Notes under the pieces: generated by a model
Seen by the model: the letters and a program-made list of their open reading frames with translations, nothing else
Told to the model about the DNA's origin: nothing
The model's database searches: none
Made by a program: the position numbers and the translations under genes
In this document: piece after piece, positions 54,785 through 64,000 of the stretch
Position numbering within the stretch: the first letter of the stretch is position 1
Layout: every line of letters begins with the position of its first letter
Origin: Escherichia coli
GTDB taxonomy: Bacteria; Pseudomonadota; Gammaproteobacteria; Enterobacterales; Enterobacteriaceae
Assembly: GCF_016903815.1 (NCBI RefSeq)
Contig: NZ_CP069973.1
DNA length: 64,000 nucleotides
Reading direction: 5' to 3' (one strand)

Positions 54785-54832
54785 GGCAACACCTGGTTAA
54801 TAAGAATATGAAAAATCATAGCACTATTAATC

Positions 54833-54867
54833 TACTGGGGGGTAGTATCAGGTACTGGGGGGGAGTA
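54833..54867. promoter_or_regulatory. Tandem RcnR operator motifs (TACT-G6/7-N-AGTA) in the rcnR-rcnA intergenic region
   Basis: tactggggggtagta (54833..54847) and tactgggggggagta (54853..54867). Confidence 0.75.
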
Positions 54868-54904
54868 GAATCAGATTGCCGAATTAATACTAAGAATTAT
54901 TATC

Positions 54905-55729
54905 ATGACCGAATTTACAACTCTTCTTCAGCAAGGAAACGCCTGGTTCTTCATCCCCAGCGCCATCTTACTTGGTGCGCTTCATGGCCTGGAACCAGGG
55001 CACTCAAAAACGATGATGGCGGCGTTTATCATCGCCATCAAAGGCACCATTAAACAGGCGGTGATGCTCGGACTGGCAGCAACCATTTCGCATACCGCAG
55101 TGGTCTGGTTGATTGCCTTTGGCGGGATGGTGATCAGCAAGCGCTTTACTGCTCAATCAGCAGAACCGTGGCTCCAGTTGATTTCCGCAGTGATCATTAT
55201 TGGCACCGCGTTCTGGATGTTCTGGCGTACCTGGCGCGGCGAACGAAACTGGCTGGAGAATATGCACGAGCATGATCATGAGCATCATCACCACGATCAC
55301 GAAGATCACCACGACCATGGACATCATCACCATCACGAACATGGCGAGTATCAGGATGCCCATGCACGAGCCCATGCCAATGACATTAAACGACGCTTTG
55401 ATGGTAGAGAGGTCACCAACTGGCAAATTTTGCTATTTGGCTTAACCGGTGGCCTTATCCCCTGCCCGGCAGCAATTACCGTGCTGTTGATATGCATTCA
55501 GTTGAAAGCCCTGACACTGGGCGCAACACTGGTCGTCAGTTTCAGCATTGGCCTGGCGTTAACGCTTGTCACCGTAGGCGTTGGCGCAGCAATCAGCGTT
55601 CAGCAGGTCGCAAAACGCTGGAGCGGATTTAACACTCTCGCTAAACGCGCCCCCTATTTTTCCAGTCTGTTGATTGGCTTAGTTGGTGTGTATATGGGCG
55701 TACATGGCTTCATGGGCATAATGCGATAA
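54905..55729 (+). CDS. rcnA: Nickel/cobalt efflux protein RcnA
   Basis: 274 aa; TM helices with His/Asp/Glu-rich loop (HEHDHEHHHHDHEDHHDHGHHHHHEHG). Confidence 0.9.
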   Translation: MTEFTTLLQQGNAWFFIPSAILLGALHGLEPGHSKTMMAAFIIAIKGTIKQAVMLGLAATISHTAVVWLIAFGGMVISKRFTAQSAEPWLQLISAVIIIGTAFWMFWRTWRGERNWLENMHEHDHEHHHHDHEDHHDHGHHHHHEHGEYQDAHARAHANDIKRRFDGREVTNWQILLFGLTGGLIPCPAAITVLLICIQLKALTLGATLVVSFSIGLALTLVTVGVGAAISVQQVAKRWSGFNTLAKRAPYFSSLLIGLVGVYMGVHGFMGIMR

Positions 55730-55947
55730 CTCAATCCTTTAGGCTTGCATGTTATCTTCAGCCCAGGATGATTCTTAAATCAGCTATTTCCGCTGACTCT
55801 CTGCTCGCTAAGGATGCTTTTAGGGCATCCTTTCATTTACACTTTTTACGAAATCATGGGATCACTAACAAAATATCGCTTGCCAGTTATATTGTATGGC
55901 AGGAAAGATATGCGACTGATATTACAGATCCCCAAAGTGGAGAGTTT

Positions 55948-56286
55948 ATGACCATTAAAAATAAGATGTTGCTGGGTGCGCTTTTGCTGGTTACCAGTGC
56001 CGCCTGGGCCGCACCAGCCACCGCGGGTTCGACCAATACCTCGGGAATTTCTAAGTATGAGTTAAGCAGTTTCATTGCTGACTTTAAGCATTTCAAACCA
56101 GGCGATACCGTCCCAGAGATGTACCGCACCGATGAGTACAACATTAAGCAGTGGCAGTTACGTAACCTGCCCGCGCCTGATGCCGGGACGCACTGGACCT
56201 ATATGGGTGGCGCGTACGTGTTGATCAGCGACACCGACGGTAAAATCATTAAAGCCTACGACGGTGAGATTTTTTATCATCGCTAA
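55948..56286 (+). CDS. rcnB: Periplasmic Ni/Co homeostasis protein RcnB (YohN)
   Basis: Start at MTIKNKMLLGALLLVTSAAWA signal peptide; about 112 aa. Confidence 0.8.
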   Translation: MTIKNKMLLGALLLVTSAAWAAPATAGSTNTSGISKYELSSFIADFKHFKPGDTVPEMYRTDEYNIKQWQLRNLPAPDAGTHWTYMGGAYVLISDTDGKIIKAYDGEIFYHR

Positions 56287-56291
56287 AAAAA

Positions 56292-56311
56292 GCCCCCTCA
56301 TCATGAGGGGG
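56292..56311. terminator. Hairpin terminator between rcnB and yehA (stronger for the minus-strand transcript)
   Basis: gccccctcatcatgaggggg with A-run on plus side (U-run for the minus transcript). Confidence 0.6.
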
Positions 56312-56367
56312 AAATGCAGACACCTTGTTATTTTTTATTATTAGCCACTTGCTCGTCTTGCTTGTTA

Positions 56368-57402
56368 TTAGTCGTATTTCACGTTGATTAATGCGGTTGC
56401 CTCCAGTGCGCCAGATTTAACTTTGTTTGTATCGTAGACGTAGTAACTGGCAGTTATCGGAATTGAAACCGTTGTATCTGTAAGTTTTGACTTCGCAGCA
56501 ACTTCCTTTAAATTTGTATATCCTTTACTGCTGTTAGTGATATTTAAAAGTGTGACTGGCGAACCATTACTTTCAAGAATAAACCCTACGCCATTATCTT
56601 CCGCACCTTTCAGGATCGTGTTACTACTGCCCCACAAATCAGAACTTGATAAATACACCTGCATTTTTCGTGATGTTTGATTTTGTTGACCTAATAAATT
56701 TTTACAACGCAGAATAATATCTCCTTTTTTACTATTTATTGTTGCTTTGTTACCTGTGGCTGGTAATTGTGAAACGGGAGTACTCTCTAAAGTAATTAAT
56801 AAATCGTCCGGTTTGCAGGTCGTTGTTATCGGGTTATATGACAATGCCAGATTAAAGGAATAGACACCTGCATTTTGTGCCAATGCATTTCTGTAGCTAT
56901 TTACACATGCATCCCATGACTTGCCACCTAATAAACACAGTAGAAATTGTACTGCGGCACTCCCGCGTGTCGATGATGAAGCACTGGATAATGTCGCAAC
57001 TCCATTAATCATCACTGAACCGCCGCCCCCCGCAGAAACATTCACTTTTGCATTACTGGCTGCAGGTGTCACCGTTACCGAATAACCATTGGTGAAACTG
57101 GTCTGATTATTTGACAACGTGATGTTATTTTTATTGGTCCATTCAAAATGTAAATTTAATTTAATGGTATCGTTATAAAGTCCAACAATAATATCCGACG
57201 GGCTCATAGGGGTGATAGTATTTGTACTCACGCATGACGAATCATTAAAATTATGCTCATAGGTCGCCATTTGTGTTTGAGTAAGTGCAAAATCCCCCTG
57301 AACAACCAAATTGTGCTGAACAGATAACTCACTATAACATGCTGCATAGCTCACTGGCATAACCATCATCATTAATATAAATAGCATTATGCGAATTTTC
57401 AT
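56368..57402 (-). CDS. yehA: Fimbrial adhesin-like protein YehA
   Basis: 344 aa; signal peptide; last gene of chaperone-usher operon. Confidence 0.8.
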   Translation of the reverse strand: MKIRIMLFILMMMVMPVSYAACYSELSVQHNLVVQGDFALTQTQMATYEHNFNDSSCVSTNTITPMSPSDIIVGLYNDTIKLNLHFEWTNKNNITLSNNQTSFTNGYSVTVTPAASNAKVNVSAGGGGSVMINGVATLSSASSSTRGSAAVQFLLCLLGGKSWDACVNSYRNALAQNAGVYSFNLALSYNPITTTCKPDDLLITLESTPVSQLPATGNKATINSKKGDIILRCKNLLGQQNQTSRKMQVYLSSSDLWGSSNTILKGAEDNGVGFILESNGSPVTLLNITNSSKGYTNLKEVAAKSKLTDTTVSIPITASYYVYDTNKVKSGALEATALINVKYD

Positions 57403-57417
57403 AGAACCACCTGACTA

Positions 57418-59913
57418 TTACTGGCAAATATAATTTCTACTTTCATCAATCTCTTTACCGAAGGTGATTGTGCATGAAAGTCCTTGTTGCTTATTAATTG
57501 CCACATTAACCGACGGCGGTACTTCATTGGTGCGAATAAATAACTGGCTTCCCTGGCCGACAACGCCAATATTATGACCATGGATATCATTGACTTCATA
57601 ACCAAACGTTAATGGTTGCCCATCCGTTCTTAACGCTTTTATAAACCAGGGCTTGCGCTGATCGGTATCAAAATTAACCAGTACAACCGCGCCGCGATAA
57701 GGTGCGGCAATTTTCCGGTTACCGCGCAATTCTGCTTCGCTATCGCTTTGCGACACATCCAGCATCAGGTGATTTTCCCGATAAGGTGTCATTCCGTCGT
57801 ATACCACCACTCCATTACGGTTTGTTGTGCGATATTTTTGCCCATTGACATAAGCATCTTTAATTCCTGGCGCATTCATCACTGCAAACGTTTCGGAAAG
57901 ACGGTTCGCCAGATTAACGCCCTCCGACCAGGCGACAATGCCCCCTGAAACACTGGCTCCAGCCTGTAGATAAGTACTCGACTGACTATAACTGCCATTC
58001 ACTGTCGCAACCGGCGCGTTCCAGGTTAAATTCGCTCCAGCTGTCGTTTCATTTCCCTGATGCTGATGACTCAGGTTGACCCCATAGTTAAATTGATCCC
58101 GGCTTCCAACGGTTCCCGATAATCCCGTATTATTTGAGGCAAAACCCTGATCATCAAACGTCGTTGAGTTAGACATATATATTTGCCGACGAGGCGTCGT
58201 AACGTCATCACCCCAATCAAAGGGAATCGATATAAAAATATTAAAACGTTTCTCTTCATGATGATTCTCGTCATAAGCCTGGCTTGCCGCGAGGGTATAG
58301 CTTATCCGTCGCAGGTTGTTGGAATAACTCAACTGATAATCCTTACTGCTGCCGCTACGCCCCCAGTAATCTCGCCATAACGTACTTAAGGACACAGAAC
58401 CCCAGCCTTCTGGCAATGACTGGCTCATATTGGCAGAAAAGCTATTTTTACGGCCAAAATCGTTCTGGTAATAATCGGCAATGTCATAGATATCGTTTTC
58501 ATCACGGCGATAATTATCTTTATTGTTTGCCCAAACATGATCGTTAAATGTCCGGTAATCACGCGACGAATAACGCCAGGCCGCCAGACCAAAACGCGTC
58601 GACGTTTGGCTCACAAATTTGTTGTAGGCAATTTGATAACTTTGCCCGTCAAACACATCGCCGTTGTCTTGTTTACTATGCGACTTCGTGGCATCGACGG
58701 AAATGGCACCAATGCGTGTATTCCAGCCAGTCCCCAAAGTGAACGCGTAATAATTATTCGCGACCATCGATCCGCCATACAGCGTCAATAAGTTATTAAA
58801 ACCATACTGATAACCCGCCTGGACAAAATCACTTTGTTTGCTCGCCCCTTCAATATGGCTACGACCCGCCGCAAAATCATATTTCGACACGCCAGGTTGC
58901 AGCATATTCGGCACCGCTGCATAAGGCACCAGATAGGTGGTTACCGAACCGTCCGCCTCTTTCACGCTGACATCAAGATCTGCTCCACCACCGGCCAACT
59001 GCAAATCTGTAATCGCAAACGGGCCAGGAGGAACCTCTTTCTGATAAACCACAAAACCGTTCTGTTCAATAGTTACCAGCGCGTTACTCTGAGCAATCCC
59101 CTGCACCCGTGGAGTAAAATTCTGTTTCGAGTTAGGCAACATCTGCATATCACGAAACAACCGCACACCGCTGAAGCGAACAGAATCAAAAATATCGCTT
59201 GATGTGTACATATCACCCACGCGAAGCGTGCCGAGAAGTTGGGCAAATCCACGTTCCAGATACAGGGTATTGCTTTTCCACCCCCCTGGATTGCTATTTG
59301 TTTTACTGAAACTGGCATCAGAATGCAGTTGCCACCCCAGTAAGTTTAACCCGCTGTTAAAACGTACATATGTACTCTTGCTATTACCCGACGCTTTATA
59401 GTCGCTGTAATACTGACTCACATAATAAGAGGTATAAAACGCATTAATACCCCGCTCCCAGTTTTCCGGTGGAACATAGCCACTTTCCAGTTCTTCCACC
59501 CACGCCTGCGGGACACTGAAATCGAGACGAAAAACTCCGATATCCCAGGTATAGCTCCCACCCTGAACAAGTTGCTCAAATGTTAAACATTGCTTACCGC
59601 TGGCAAAGTTATCGGTATTAATGCCTAACCGCTTGATAATTTCCCTTGATATACATGTTTCTTGCGGGTTGTCTTTAACAATGATCTCATATTTCCCGCG
59701 CCATTGCTTATTGACATAAATATCGATGTCATACTGCCCCGGCAAGGGTTGATTATCATCAAGACGAATATTTGCAACCTGCTGGTCTTTCATTCCACCT
59801 ATCATAAAATGGGTATCAAAGGTTTCTTCAGCTGCATAAGCTTCAATGCCGAGCAATAACGCTACGATTGCTGATGCAAGTGGGGTCATTCTCAACATAG
59901 GCAGCTCCTGCAA
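57418..59913 (-). CDS. yehB: Fimbrial outer-membrane usher YehB
   Basis: 831 aa; usher size, signal peptide. Confidence 0.9.
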   Translation of the reverse strand: MQELPMLRMTPLASAIVALLLGIEAYAAEETFDTHFMIGGMKDQQVANIRLDDNQPLPGQYDIDIYVNKQWRGKYEIIVKDNPQETCISREIIKRLGINTDNFASGKQCLTFEQLVQGGSYTWDIGVFRLDFSVPQAWVEELESGYVPPENWERGINAFYTSYYVSQYYSDYKASGNSKSTYVRFNSGLNLLGWQLHSDASFSKTNSNPGGWKSNTLYLERGFAQLLGTLRVGDMYTSSDIFDSVRFSGVRLFRDMQMLPNSKQNFTPRVQGIAQSNALVTIEQNGFVVYQKEVPPGPFAITDLQLAGGGADLDVSVKEADGSVTTYLVPYAAVPNMLQPGVSKYDFAAGRSHIEGASKQSDFVQAGYQYGFNNLLTLYGGSMVANNYYAFTLGTGWNTRIGAISVDATKSHSKQDNGDVFDGQSYQIAYNKFVSQTSTRFGLAAWRYSSRDYRTFNDHVWANNKDNYRRDENDIYDIADYYQNDFGRKNSFSANMSQSLPEGWGSVSLSTLWRDYWGRSGSSKDYQLSYSNNLRRISYTLAASQAYDENHHEEKRFNIFISIPFDWGDDVTTPRRQIYMSNSTTFDDQGFASNNTGLSGTVGSRDQFNYGVNLSHQHQGNETTAGANLTWNAPVATVNGSYSQSSTYLQAGASVSGGIVAWSEGVNLANRLSETFAVMNAPGIKDAYVNGQKYRTTNRNGVVVYDGMTPYRENHLMLDVSQSDSEAELRGNRKIAAPYRGAVVLVNFDTDQRKPWFIKALRTDGQPLTFGYEVNDIHGHNIGVVGQGSQLFIRTNEVPPSVNVAINKQQGLSCTITFGKEIDESRNYICQ

Positions 59914-60588
59914 TTAAATTTTGTCACTAATATAGTTGCCATGGTCATCGATAATGGTCAGATACCAGTTATTCGCATTATTACTTTTGACATTAATACT
60001 CTGACTTTCTAAGGGGGCAATCATAATAGTTTCATAATTGACTTTGACATTATTAGCTTTGACATCCGAAATCGTTACCCAATTTGCTGAGTCATTTTTT
60101 ATCACCAATCCATTGCCACTGCGATTTACCAGTAACTTTTTAAATGTCGCTTTATTTACTGGCGCAATACCCGCAGGCCGGTAAAACAATTTAATTCTGT
60201 TTTGCATTGCAAATTTCAGTGCATTCTTGCCCTCTTGCTCTGGACTATTTGGTGGAATATCCAGAACATTCAGATAAAAAATGCTCTCTTTATTAGTGGG
60301 CAGTTTATTCGGCATAATTTTGATTTTTACTTGCTGCCCGGAATTTGCCCCTATTTTTGCCACTGGTGGCGTTAACATGAAAGGAACCTGAATTTTTTCT
60401 GGTGGTAACGACGTATCGCCATCATCAATCCACGCCTGCAGCAGCGAAGAACGGTTTCCCTGATTCATCAACTGCACCATCACTTCTTTATTTTCTGCCG
60501 GGTAAATAATACGCGTCCCGTAGATAACAATACCGGCATGTGCAGGAAGGACCATAGAAGAAATGAGTAAAGCTAATAATCCTTTCAT
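59914..60588 (-). CDS. yehC: Periplasmic fimbrial chaperone YehC
   Basis: 224 aa; signal peptide; PapD-like. Confidence 0.85.
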   Translation of the reverse strand: MKGLLALLISSMVLPAHAGIVIYGTRIIYPAENKEVMVQLMNQGNRSSLLQAWIDDGDTSLPPEKIQVPFMLTPPVAKIGANSGQQVKIKIMPNKLPTNKESIFYLNVLDIPPNSPEQEGKNALKFAMQNRIKLFYRPAGIAPVNKATFKKLLVNRSGNGLVIKNDSANWVTISDVKANNVKVNYETIMIAPLESQSINVKSNNANNWYLTIIDDHGNYISDKI

Positions 60589-60668
60589 CTTAATGCCTCT
60601 TAAATTAAAAGGCCGCCATGGGGATAGCGGCCATGTTTATTACCTGGAGAAACTTGAAGTTTTATTTA

Positions 60669-61211
60669 TTAATCCTGCGCCACACGCATAACCAGAGAAG
60701 ATAACACATCACCTGATTGCACTGAATTATCTGTCAGCTTCAGGTATTTTGCTTTAAACGGAATAGCATATTGACCTTCCGCTGTTTTATAACTCTCAAT
60801 GTTAAAAGGTGCAGAAACATCCAGGACATCGCTGTTATCACCTAAATAGAGATAGTACCCCACGGTATCGTTGCTACTGGCTATCGCCTTATCGTTTCCG
60901 GTTATTTTATCGTTGGTAATCAACGAGAGTTTTACACCAGCAACTTCTTTCGGACAGCTAATTTTTAACATGCTGCTGGTTACACCGACTGCATCATCAT
61001 AGGTCGAGTATTTAGCTTTACCTTCAAAGACAGTGGTTGGTACAGTTGGCATATTAATACTTACTGAATCGCCACCCGCTTCGAATTTACACGGAGATTC
61101 TGCAATATTCCCTTTAATGGTTAATGTTCCGGTATCAACGTCTGCGGCAAATACCCCAGCGCTCATAAAAAAAGAAGAAAAGACAGCGGCAGCAATAATT
61201 GAACGTTTCAT
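60669..61211 (-). CDS. yehD: Fimbrial major subunit-like protein YehD
   Basis: 180 aa; signal peptide, Cys pair. Confidence 0.85.
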   Translation of the reverse strand: MKRSIIAAAVFSSFFMSAGVFAADVDTGTLTIKGNIAESPCKFEAGGDSVSINMPTVPTTVFEGKAKYSTYDDAVGVTSSMLKISCPKEVAGVKLSLITNDKITGNDKAIASSNDTVGYYLYLGDNSDVLDVSAPFNIESYKTAEGQYAIPFKAKYLKLTDNSVQSGDVLSSLVMRVAQD

Positions 61212-61506
61212 AATATGTTCCTTAATAAAATTTATTTTTTGGTTGTTAAGAGTCTGTATCTCTTGGAAACAAATTTCTCACATCAAAAAAGTTGCCGAAA
61301 TGTAAACATATTGTTTTATTGATTTAAAACAAATTAACTATTGCAATATAAACACAACAAATACTTAAGCATATTAAATATTTATCACATCTATTAATTA
61401 ATGCAGATTTTTGTAAGTGGTATTATTGATATAAATAAAAAAGCTGAAATCATTCACACGAATGATTTCAGCTTTCTAAATCCGATTAAAAAACCAGGGT
61501 GGCAAA

Positions 61507-61788
61507 TTAATCGTAGCGATTTAACACGATTCGACGTTTGCTATCGCTACCTGCAACAACCACTTCTGTCGTTACACCTTTGACTGGCGAAGAAACCTGA
61601 TGACGGGTATCAACATCATACGTTAACTGACCACAATACTGTTGAGGTTGACCATTAACCATAGCCATACTGCATGTTGGGGGACTGATCCTGCCATTAA
61701 TCGTTAATGTGGCAGTCTGTGAAGAGAACGCGGGAGAAGCCATTCCATAGGCAAGAAAAATAATTCCTGACAGCCAGTACTTATTCAT
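61507..61788 (-). CDS. yehE: Small secreted protein YehE
   Basis: 93 aa with signal peptide; synteny. Confidence 0.7.
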   Translation of the reverse strand: MNKYWLSGIIFLAYGMASPAFSSQTATLTINGRISPPTCSMAMVNGQPQQYCGQLTYDVDTRHQVSSPVKGVTTEVVVAGSDSKRRIVLNRYD

Positions 61789-62050
61789 TGAACGTTATCC
61801 CTGTAGTAAAGGTTATGCCTGGATAGAATGAGTGCATAACAAACTATAGCTGTACATCCACTACACAGCCACGAAGGATGATAATGAAGCATTGCCTGTA
61901 CGATCAATCGACTTTATAGAGTTTCGGACGAAGGTCCGCAGAATATTTGCAGCATTAAATAAGTGTTCATTAATGCGGCAAAAACAAATACACCGCATCA
62001 ATGTAACATCTCTGCGGTGTATGAAAAACAACCAAAAAGGTTAATACGCG

Positions 62051-63160
62051 TTAGACCGCGCGGAAGGAAATCTCGCCAGGAATGACTTCTCCCTGCCAAT
62101 AAAGCTGGGCTGCAACGCGGTCAGCCAGCTGGCGGTAGATAGCGGTAAATTCGCTCTCCGGACGGCTGATAACCGTTGGCGTGCCTTTATCGAGATCTTC
62201 ACGTAAGGAGATGTGTAACGGCATCTGCCCCAGCAACTGCGTGTGATATTTCTCGGCCAGTTTCTCTGCACCACCGGTACCGAAAATCGGTTCATGGTGA
62301 CCACAGTTACTGCAAATATGCACACTCATGTTCTCGACAATACCGAGCACCGGAACCTCGACTTTCTCGAACATCACAATGCCTTTTTTCGCATCGATCA
62401 ACGCAATGTCCTGCGGAGTGGTGACCACTACCGCGCCAGTTACTGGTATGTTTTGTGCCAGTGTCAATTGAATGTCACCGGTGCCTGGCGGCATATCAAG
62501 CACCAGATAGTCGAGATCCGGCCACAAGGTTTCCTGCAACATCTGCATTAACGCCTTGCTCGCCATCGGACCACGCCACACCATCGCATTGTCGTCAGTG
62601 ACCAGATAACCAATTGAATTGGTTGCCAGTCCATGAGACATAATCGGTGCCATATGGGTACCGTCCGGCGAAGTTGGACGCTGATTTTCTGCACCCAGCA
62701 TGGTGGGTATTGATGGGCCGTAGATATCGGCGTCCAGAATGCCGACTTTCGCCCCTTCCGCCGCCAGTGCCAGCGCCAGGTTTACCGCCGTGGAGGATTT
62801 ACCCACGCCGCCTTTACCGGAGCTGACCGCAATGATGTTCTTCACGCCGTTAATTCCCGGCTGATTCTTCACGCGTTTTAAGGTGGCGATATTGTGCGAC
62901 AGTTTCCAGTCGATAGCTTTCGCCCCGGTGATGCGCAGCAGTTCGGCGCTACATTGCTCTTTTAACTCTTCGAACGCGCTATGCCAGACGAATGGCATAA
63001 CCAGTTCCACATGCAACGTGTCGTCCATCCAGGCGACATGGTGCAACGCTTTCAGCGTGGTGAGGTTATGCTTCAGGGTTGGGTGCTGAAAATTGGCCAG
63101 TGTCCCGGCGACCATTGCGCGCAAGGCTTCTGGTGATTTGGCCTGGGATTGTTCGTTCAT
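62051..63160 (-). CDS. mrp: Fe-S cluster carrier ATPase Mrp/ApbC
   Basis: Start at MNEQSQAKSPE; P-loop GKGGVGKSS and CxxC motif. Confidence 0.9.
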   Translation of the reverse strand: MNEQSQAKSPEALRAMVAGTLANFQHPTLKHNLTTLKALHHVAWMDDTLHVELVMPFVWHSAFEELKEQCSAELLRITGAKAIDWKLSHNIATLKRVKNQPGINGVKNIIAVSSGKGGVGKSSTAVNLALALAAEGAKVGILDADIYGPSIPTMLGAENQRPTSPDGTHMAPIMSHGLATNSIGYLVTDDNAMVWRGPMASKALMQMLQETLWPDLDYLVLDMPPGTGDIQLTLAQNIPVTGAVVVTTPQDIALIDAKKGIVMFEKVEVPVLGIVENMSVHICSNCGHHEPIFGTGGAEKLAEKYHTQLLGQMPLHISLREDLDKGTPTVISRPESEFTAIYRQLADRVAAQLYWQGEVIPGEISFRAV

Positions 63161-63291
63161 CCCGACTCCTTTTTTGTATAGATAAACCATCAGCTGATAG
63201 TTTACCTGAAGAATATAGAGAAGTACTTACTTAACATTTTTCCATTTGGTACTATCTAACCCCTTTTCACTATTAAGAAGTAATGCCTACT

Positions 63292-64000
63292 ATGACTCAA
63301 GTCGCGAAGAAAATTCTGGTGACGTGCGCACTGCCGTACGCTAACGGCTCAATCCACCTCGGCCATATGCTGGAGCACATCCAGGCTGATGTCTGGGTCC
63401 GTTACCAGCGAATGCGCGGCCACGAGGTCAACTTCATCTGCGCCGACGATGCCCACGGCACACCGATCATGCTGAAAGCTCAGCAGCTCGGTATCACCCC
63501 GGAGCAGATGATTGGCGAAATGAGTCAGGAGCATCAGACTGATTTCGCAGGCTTTAACATCAGCTATGACAACTATCACTCGACGCACAGCGAAGAGAAC
63601 CGCCAGTTGTCAGAACTTATCTACTCTCGCCTGAAAGAAAACGGTTTTATTAAAAACCGCACCATCTCTCAGCTTTACGATCCGGAAAAAGGCATGTTCC
63701 TGCCGGACCGTTTTGTAAAAGGCACCTGCCCGAAATGTAAATCCCCGGATCAATACGGCGATAACTGCGAAGTCTGCGGTGCGACCTACAGCCCGACTGA
63801 ACTGATCGAGCCGAAATCGGTGGTTTCTGGCGCTACCCCGGTAATGCGTGATTCTGAACACTTCTTCTTTGATCTGCCCTCTTTCAGCGAAATGTTGCAG
63901 GCATGGACCCGCAGCGGTGCGTTGCAGGAGCAGGTGGCAAACAAAATGCAGGAGTGGTTTGAATCCGGCCTGCAACAGTGGGATATCTCCCGCGACGCCC
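63292..64000 (+). CDS. metG: Methionyl-tRNA synthetase, N-terminal part (3' end outside window)
   Basis: [35 protein letters not shown] (HIGH-type motif) and zinc knuckle [18 protein letters not shown]; open to window end. Confidence 0.9.

Noticed and set aside
55261-55350. Highly repetitive cat/cac-rich DNA
   Set aside because: This encodes the His-rich metal-binding loop of RcnA, not a repeat element or CRISPR array.

Overview
This window reads as an Escherichia coli chromosomal segment (mdtD 3' end, baeSR, yegP, yegQ, cyaR sRNA) interrupted by a complete P2-like prophage of about 33 kb (approx. 4926..38143), followed by yegRS, the gat operon, fbaB, yegTUVWX, thiDM, rcnRAB, yehABCDE, mrp and the start of metG. 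All calls come from reading the six-frame translations and the DNA by eye; no database search was run. The prophage sits in the 3' end of cyaR, is flanked by a 27-bp direct repeat, and carries an apparently complete P2 gene set (ogr, D, U, T, E/E', FII, FI, G, H, I, J, W, V, S, R, lysis genes, X, L, M, N, O, P, Q, A, B, cox, C, int). Three known variable P2 loci carry AT-rich cargo instead of the P2 genes. The most interesting is at the tin/old position next to cos (28597..32118): a GHKL-type ATPase, an overlapping uncharacterised 330-aa partner, and a convergent C5-cytosine methyltransferase; I do not recognise this combination as a named defence system and propose it as a candidate modification-linked anti-phage system. 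Single membrane-protein cargo genes occupy the Z/fun position (11986..12579) and the orf30 position (17858..18931). Other points: the E/E' -1 frameshift site, a frameshifted gatZ, an intact gatR, the thiM TPP riboswitch and tandem RcnR operator motifs.
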